Part shown: positions 58,495 to 64,000 of the stretch, piece by piece
Position numbering within the stretch: position 1 is the first letter of the stretch
Layout of the letters: the number at the start of each line of letters is the position of its first letter
Assembly (NCBI GenBank): GCA_963837955.1
Contig: CAWIPH010000002.1
Coordinates: 4,544,001 to 4,608,000 of the forward strand
Length of the DNA: 64,000 nucleotides
Origin: an uncultured Verrucomicrobiae bacterium
GTDB lineage: Bacteria; Verrucomicrobiota; Verrucomicrobiia; Chthoniobacterales; JAFAMB01
Direction: 5' to 3'
Translations under genes and position numbers: made by a program
The notes under the pieces: generated by a model
Told to the model about the DNA's origin: nothing
Seen by the model: only the letters and a program-made list of their open reading frames with translations
Databases searched by the model: none

Positions 58495-59678
58495 ATTTCT
58501 CGTAAAACCAAAGAAGCGTTAGTCCCGCCAAATCCGAACGAATTGGAGAGAACAGTCCGAACTCGAGCCGGACGTGACCTGTTGGCAATCACCTCGAAAT
58601 TCCAAGTCGGATCGGGCTCCTCAAAATGAATATTCGGTGGCAAGAACTGCTGCTGTAAGGCGAGGACGCAAAATACGGCTTCGATTGCACCCGCCGCTCC
58701 GAGCGCATGACCCATCATCGACTTAGTGGAGCTGACCGGTACACCCGGCAGTAACTGAGAAATGGCAATACCTTCCGTGGCGTCATTATACAATGTTGCC
58801 GTTCCGTGAGCATTTACATAATCAATCGTTTCCACATCAGAGGATTGCAGCGCACGCTCCATGGAAAGCCGGGGACCGATACCGGACGGGTTTGGTTGGG
58901 TTAAATGGTAGGTATCTGTTGAAACACCGTACCCGCAAATTTCCGCGTAAGCCGTCGCCTTTCTTTTGCGAGCGGATTCTTCCGATTCGAGAATCAGCAC
59001 ACCGGAGCCCTCTCCCAATACGAGTCCGGTGCGGTGTCGATCAAAGGGTCGAATTTTCTCTGGAGTCGAAGCTTGGAGCGAATCGAAACCGACAAAAAGC
59101 AATTCCGCTAAAGGATCGTATCCCCCGCAAATCACACATGAATGCAATCCATCCCGGACCAGATGAAAGGCGTGCCCGATCGAATTAGTTCCGGAGGAGC
59201 AGGCATTCGAAACGATCTGCATCGGGAGACGCAGATTCAAGAATTCGAGGGCATCCAAAATGGGCTTTTGCGGCATGTAGTTTGCAACCCATTTGGCTGT
59301 TGAACGCCTCGACTTCGAGGCTAGGACTGTACGATAAAAGAGCTCCCCGTTGCTGATCGCGCCGGCCGAGGTTGAAAACACTATCAGCTCCGGACTCGGT
59401 CCTCCAGCCATCGACATGGCTTCTTTCAACGCAGCAGCAACCATCCGCGAACTTCTGTGCAAGCGTTGAGTCCGGCGACTTACTGGGAAAACATCGCTCA
59501 GCCAATCATCGCTCACTTGACCAGCGGTTTTGCAACGTGTTTTCGACACATCAAACGCGGTGACCTTGCTCACTGCGTCTCTTCCGTCTCGAAGACCAGC
59601 CAGGTTATCCGCACCATTGCGCCCGATAGGCGAAACGATTCCGAATCCGGTAACCAATACTCTTTGTTTCCCGTTCAT
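58491..59678 (-). CDS. Beta-ketoacyl-ACP synthase (FabF-like KS)
   Basis: NACSSG, NAHGTAT, KSMMGH, SNSFGFGG; likely start 59678. Confidence 0.92.
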   Translation of the reverse strand: MNGKQRVLVTGFGIVSPIGRNGADNLAGLRDGRDAVSKVTAFDVSKTRCKTAGQVSDDWLSDVFPVSRRTQRLHRSSRMVAAALKEAMSMAGGPSPELIVFSTSAGAISNGELFYRTVLASKSRRSTAKWVANYMPQKPILDALEFLNLRLPMQIVSNACSSGTNSIGHAFHLVRDGLHSCVICGGYDPLAELLFVGFDSLQASTPEKIRPFDRHRTGLVLGEGSGVLILESEESARKRKATAYAEICGYGVSTDTYHLTQPNPSGIGPRLSMERALQSSDVETIDYVNAHGTATLYNDATEGIAISQLLPGVPVSSTKSMMGHALGAAGAIEAVFCVLALQQQFLPPNIHFEEPDPTWNFEVIANRSRPARVRTVLSNSFGFGGTNASLVLREI

Positions 59679-59912
59679 CAGGGGCACTCTTTCAGTTCGA
59701 ATTGCAAACTTTCTTGGATGGCATTCAGCGGTCGATGCAAAAAAACAGATTAATTGGATTTTTCTCACTGGAACCAGTCGAAACTTTCGACGTCAACCCA
59801 CCAAGTCCAGGGCAGCATACAGGTCGAAGACTTGGTCACTTGGTTCGCTTCGCCCACTCGGATATCTCCATTCTTCCTTCGACCAAAAGCAACATCAGCG
59901 TAATTTGTTAAC

Positions 59913-60413
59913 ATGGCGGCAGATCAATCGGATCCTTCCGACTACTCCTTCGGTCGTTTTGTTCGGATGATGGCCAATGCGTTTCGCTGGAAATGTCCGA
60001 CTTGCGGTGAACGTCCGCTGTTTGTTCCATGGTACAAGGTTCGGTCTCTAGAGGATTGGTTCATGCCTCTCGATGGATGTCCAAAATGCGGATATCCCTA
60101 TGAGCGAGAACCGGGTTATTTCTTACTTTCTATCTTTGCTATTAATTACGGCGTTGCTGCTCTCCTTGGAGTGATTGTTTACCTTGTATTGGATTTCTGG
60201 GTCCGTTTGCCCATCGGGATCACCTTGGTGTTGACGATCATCCCCATTCCGTTCTTCAATCTTTGGTTTGCCCGGCATTCTAAAGCCTTGTTTCTGGCTT
60301 TTGACCTGTTCTGTGATCCGCATCATCGAGATAACGGCGATGGTGATCAACCGGTCGGACAGCCTGATCATGCCCCGCGGGATCCGAGCTTGCACCCGGT
60401 GCGCCGAGGATGA
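59913..60413 (+). CDS. DUF983 family Zn-ribbon membrane protein
   Basis: CPTCG...CPKCG, EREPGYF, two TM segments. Confidence 0.8.
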   Translation: MAADQSDPSDYSFGRFVRMMANAFRWKCPTCGERPLFVPWYKVRSLEDWFMPLDGCPKCGYPYEREPGYFLLSIFAINYGVAALLGVIVYLVLDFWVRLPIGITLVLTIIPIPFFNLWFARHSKALFLAFDLFCDPHHRDNGDGDQPVGQPDHAPRDPSLHPVRRG

Positions 60414-60556
60414 GCGGTGCCGCAACTCCAGGTTGCTGCCAAATGAGAACTCCATAGAGGAACACCGAACCGGTATTGCCTTTTTCAGGAAAAACCGCGT
60501 CGAGAGGATCGAAACCGCCCTCTTGCGGCTGTCGGAGTTCAATGCGATAGCGGAAA

Positions 60557-60919
60557 ATGTTGGTCTTGGGTACGTTTTCTTTTCTGTCGATAGAGGTGAA
60601 TACCTGGAAGGTGATCGGATTATCAGGTAGCCTGATCTTCGGCATTCGATTCTTGCTGCAATGGATCGCCTCGGAGCGCGCTGGAAAGAGCATCATCCCG
60701 GTCGGATTTTGGGAGTGCAGTCTTTTTGGCAGTCTCTTAGCACTGAGCTATTTTGTCTTCTACCGGCACGATTCGGTCGGGATCATTATGACGCTTTTCC
60801 CGGTTCCGATTTATTTGCGAAACTTTTATCTGAAATGGAGAGAAGTGTTAGCTCACCGGAGGGAAGTTGCGCCGGTTGAAACAAAGGAGCAAATTGCTGA
60901 GGAAGTGGAGAGTCGATGA
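60557..60919 (+). CDS. Lipid A biosynthesis N-terminal (LAB_N) domain protein
   Basis: G..G..IF..RFLLQWIASE...KS..P..FW..SL.G, Y.RN motifs. Confidence 0.85.
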   Translation: MLVLGTFSFLSIEVNTWKVIGLSGSLIFGIRFLLQWIASERAGKSIIPVGFWECSLFGSLLALSYFVFYRHDSVGIIMTLFPVPIYLRNFYLKWREVLAHRREVAPVETKEQIAEEVESR

Positions 60920-62070
60920 TCTACTTCGACAACAACGCTACAACGTCGGTCGATCCGGCTGTGCTGGAGGAAATGCTGCCTTTCCTGAAAGAGCAGTACG
61001 GCAATCCTTCAAGCGCCTACTCATTCGGAAAACGGGTCTTGCGGGCGATCGAACATGCCCGCGAGCAGGTCGCGACGCTCCTCGGTTGCGATGCGTCGGA
61101 AATTCTATTCACGAGTTGCGGTACGGAATCAGACAACACTGCGATACAATCGGCCTTGTCGATCGACCGGGATCGCAAACATATCGTCACGAGCAAGGTC
61201 GAACATAGCGCAATCGTCAAGCACGGAGAGGCGCTGGCGCGGCGAGGTTACGAAGTGACTTGGCTCGACGTCGACGCCCAAGGACTCATTGATCTTTCTC
61301 AGTTGGAGGACGCGATCCGGCCAGACACGGCGATCGTTTCGCTTATGTGGGCTAATAACGAGACCGGCGTTCTTTTCCCGATCGAAGAGGCGGCCGAGAT
61401 ATGCCGAAAGCAGCAAACGATTTTTCACACCGATGCGGTGCAAGCGGTCGGAAAAATCCCGATCGATCTGCAAACGATTCCAATTCAGTTCCTATCGGTA
61501 TCCGGACACAAGCTGCATGCCCCGAAAGGGGTCGGAGCATTGTACATCAACCGGCGCACGCGCTTCTTCCCGTTTCTCATCGGTGGCGGCCAGGAAGATA
61601 AACGCCGAGGAGGAACCGAAAACACGGCCTCCATTGTGGCTTTAGGAAAAGCGGCGGAATTGGCGGGAGAATTCATGGAAGAGGAAAATCGCTTCGTCCG
61701 CGCTCTTCGAGATAAGTTTGAGCGAGAAGCGGTCGAACGAATCCCTGGAGTGACCGTGAACGGGGATCTTGAACGAAGGTTACCCAATACGACAAATCTT
61801 TCGATCGAAGGAATCGACTCGGAAGCGCTATTGATGATCCTGGATCAGCAAGGTGTCTGTTGTTCGGCCGGTTCGGCCTGTACGACCGGTTCGTTGGAGC
61901 CTTCTCATGTGCTTCGAGCGATGGGTCTTTCCAACGAACAGGCGCGCGCCAGTCTCCGTTTTTCGTTCGGGCGGCTGAACACGATGCCGGAAGTTGAAAG
62001 TGCGCTGGAAATCCTGACCCGCGCGGTGAAGAAGCTGCGAGAAATGACACCAGGGGTACTCGCCGCTTGA
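60916..62070 (+). CDS. nifS: Cysteine desulfurase, NifS/IscS type
   Basis: YFDNNATT, FTSCGTES, HTDAVQ, SGHKLHAPKG, SAGSACT. Confidence 0.93.
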   Translation: MIYFDNNATTSVDPAVLEEMLPFLKEQYGNPSSAYSFGKRVLRAIEHAREQVATLLGCDASEILFTSCGTESDNTAIQSALSIDRDRKHIVTSKVEHSAIVKHGEALARRGYEVTWLDVDAQGLIDLSQLEDAIRPDTAIVSLMWANNETGVLFPIEEAAEICRKQQTIFHTDAVQAVGKIPIDLQTIPIQFLSVSGHKLHAPKGVGALYINRRTRFFPFLIGGGQEDKRRGGTENTASIVALGKAAELAGEFMEEENRFVRALRDKFEREAVERIPGVTVNGDLERRLPNTTNLSIEGIDSEALLMILDQQGVCCSAGSACTTGSLEPSHVLRAMGLSNEQARASLRFSFGRLNTMPEVESALEILTRAVKKLREMTPGVLAA

Positions 62071-62178
62071 AGATTTTTCCGGCGCCCGGTTCAATCCAGA
62101 TAGCAAAGGTAGCTTCTGCGTTAGGTTACCAAACGGGAGCAGACAGGTTTTTCTGGAAGACGCGTCGCGCCAAAAACT

Positions 62179-62592
62179 TCAATCCCGAAAAGGATTCTCG
62201 ATTCGAACTCCATCGAAATCTTGCCCGTCATTGAAATCCTCGGAGCAAATCGCCTCGCATCCCGCAGTACGGGCGGCTTCGACAATCGCGGCATCCCAAT
62301 ATGAAATCCGATAGCGCCTTTTGGTCTTAAATGCAGCCCGCATGATTCCGACGGTGATATCCTGGATTTTGAAGCGCTCCCACGACTCGATGAGTGCCAG
62401 AGCCTGTTCATGAGTAATGGCATCCGTTTTGCTCTCGCGCGTGGCCTGCACGTAGAATTCTTGCAGGACCTGGACTGAGAGCGCGCAGTCGGCGTGGTTC
62501 AGAAGTTCGAGCGCTTTTGCTGCTTTGGTCGCTTCCCGGCGATCGGTGCTCAACGCGTACAGAAGAATGTTCGTATCAAGAAATCGCATCAC
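62179..62592 (-). CDS. PIN-domain (VapC-like) toxin
   Basis: FLDTNILLY, QEF, SYWDAAI, SED acidic tetrad; ENPF tail. Confidence 0.92.
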   Translation of the reverse strand: MMRFLDTNILLYALSTDRREATKAAKALELLNHADCALSVQVLQEFYVQATRESKTDAITHEQALALIESWERFKIQDITVGIMRAAFKTKRRYRISYWDAAIVEAARTAGCEAICSEDFNDGQDFDGVRIENPFRD

Positions 62593-62819
62593 CGCTCATG
62601 CACTGCATTTCTCTTTAGTCGGTCGCTAGCGCGGAATTTCGTGACCGTCGCTAGAGTGGCGTTTTGCAGTCGTCGCAGCCGGTCATTCGCATCTTCTTGA
62701 CTCGCCAGTTGAACCAGAAAATCTCGGACCAATGCAGAAACGGAAGTATCGACTTCGGCAGCCCTTATTCGCGCACGTCGATATACCTCGTCGTCCACTG
62801 TGACGGTAATATTTTTCAC
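62589..62819 (-). CDS. Ribbon-helix-helix antitoxin (VapB-like)
   Basis: KNITVTVDD...AR..AA...SVSALVRDFL; ATGA overlap with the toxin; GTG start 62819. Confidence 0.85.
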   Translation of the reverse strand: MKNITVTVDDEVYRRARIRAAEVDTSVSALVRDFLVQLASQEDANDRLRRLQNATLATVTKFRASDRLKRNAVHER

Positions 62820-62860
62820 AGTTACACAATAACACAGTTCCCCAGCGCATCCAAATCTCA

Positions 62861-64000
62861 CTAAACCACCAACAGGTCGAACAGCTCATGAACCGAAGTC
62901 GTCGCGGCACTGTGATGATCTTTCAGTAAACGCAAGACAACATCCGCGTTCCTGGGAGCGATCCGCGATCGCAAATTTCGTTCAAACTTGGCCAGAAGCA
63001 GAGGTTCGCCCTCCGCTCGACGTCGTGGGTGGCCGATCGGATATTCTACGGCCGCTTTCTCCGTCGAACTTCCGTCGGAGAAAAAGACCTGCACCGAGTT
63101 CCCGATCGAACGTTTTTCGGGGTCAAGGTAATCTCGAGTAAACTGAGGATTTTCTTTGACCTCCATTTTGGAGCGCAGCTGATCGATGAGCGGATTTCGG
63201 GCCGCTTCATCTTCATAATCCTCGGCAGTGAGATTACCGCGAATGAAGGGTACAGCCACCATGTATTGGATGCAGTGGTCGCGGTCGGCCGGATTGAAAA
63301 GTGGGCCGCTTTTATCGATGATCCGCTTTCCGGACTCCTGGGTCTCGATCACGATCCGACTGATTTGTTCCAAACGACCGACGACTGCCGAATGAAGCCG
63401 GACCGCGGCTTCGACAGCAGTCTGAGCGTGAAATTCGGCCGGAAACGAAACCTTGAAGAGCACGTTTCGCATCACGTAGGAACCAAGCGGCTGAGCAAGT
63501 TCTATTGGCTGACCCTTGAACAGTACATCTTGGAAACCCCACTCCTTCGCGGTCAATGCGGTCGGATAGCCCATTTCACCGCGAACGGCTTGAAACGCAT
63601 GAAAAACGGCACGGGATGTAGCGTCGCCAGCCGCCCAGCTTTTGCGAGAGCCAGTATTTGGAGCATGGCGGTAGGTGCGCAAAGCGCCACCATCCAGAAA
63701 CGCTTGGGAAAGGGCGTTGATGATTTCGTCGCGTGTTCCTCCGAGCAGACGAGTGGCTACCGCGGTCGAAGCGACACGAACGAGCAACACATGGTCGAGC
63801 CCAACCCGGTTAAAGGCATGCGTGAGTGCCAGAATGCCTTGAATTTCGTGCGCTTGCACCATGGCGGCAAAAACCTTGCTCAGCGTCAGGGGCTCGTCCG
63901 GTCCTTTTACCCCTTTGCGGCCGAGGTAGTCTGCGACGGCCAGGATCGCTCCTAGATTGTCCGAAGGGTGACCCCATTCTGCTGCGAGCCAAGTGTCGTT
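62861..64000 (-). CDS. prpD: 2-methylcitrate dehydratase, 5' end outside the window
   Basis: NDTWLAAEWGHPSDN, YRHAPNTGSRKSWAAGDA, FPAEFHAQTA, DRDHCIQY; frame open to the window edge. Confidence 0.95.
   Translation of the reverse strand, partial: NDTWLAAEWGHPSDNLGAILAVADYLGRKGVKGPDEPLTLSKVFAAMVQAHEIQGILALTHAFNRVGLDHVLLVRVASTAVATRLLGGTRDEIINALSQAFLDGGALRTYRHAPNTGSRKSWAAGDATSRAVFHAFQAVRGEMGYPTALTAKEWGFQDVLFKGQPIELAQPLGSYVMRNVLFKVSFPAEFHAQTAVEAAVRLHSAVVGRLEQISRIVIETQESGKRIIDKSGPLFNPADRDHCIQYMVAVPFIRGNLTAEDYEDEAARNPLIDQLRSKMEVKENPQFTRDYLDPEKRSIGNSVQVFFSDGSSTEKAAVEYPIGHPRRRAEGEPLLLAKFERNLRSRIAPRNADVVLRLLKDHHSAATTSVHELFDLLVV

Noticed and set aside
60916..62070. Nitrogen fixation, Isc/Suf or Dnd phosphorothioation cluster
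   Set aside because: The desulfurase stands alone, with no nif, iscU/suf or dnd genes adjacent.
1..64000. tRNA, rRNA or known riboswitch
   Set aside because: I recognised no cloverleaf or conserved RNA motif by eye; an Rfam/tRNAscan run is needed to exclude them formally.

Overview
64 kb of bacterial chromosome, probably from a soil Verrucomicrobium of the Spartobacteria/Chthoniobacterales type (inferred from gene content, not verified). About 55 plausible CDSs: a LacI-regulated sugar ABC transporter with a GH116 glycosidase, msrPQ, plsY, an mhq-like quinone/catechol detoxification cluster, a DeoR-aldolase-PfkB-lipoyl/E1alpha-E1beta catabolic operon, tandem-duplicated beta-propeller surface proteins, a kinase-pseudokinase-PEGA receptor, a KS/CLF-like pair, nifS, a vapBC-type TA pair and a partial prpD. 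I recognised no rRNA, tRNA, CRISPR array, transposase, integrase or reverse transcriptase. The most unusual signal is non-coding. From 1 to ~51.3 kb most larger intergenic spaces are mosaics of about ten short repeat modules, and these show four organised behaviours: (i) composite inverted repeats bracket 1-3 kb blocks of accessory genes; (ii) a ~30-77 bp hairpin micro-element with a variable loop inserts precisely, without target duplication, into other repeats and into itself; (iii) a GCGAAGCGCATGA motif supplies the stop codon of several unrelated genes, four of which end in RSA; (iv) one heptamer array sits in frame inside an ABC ATPase gene. Together these suggest a non-autonomous repeat/cassette mobility system whose enzyme lies outside this window. 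All alignments were made by eye, so coordinates may be off by a few bases.
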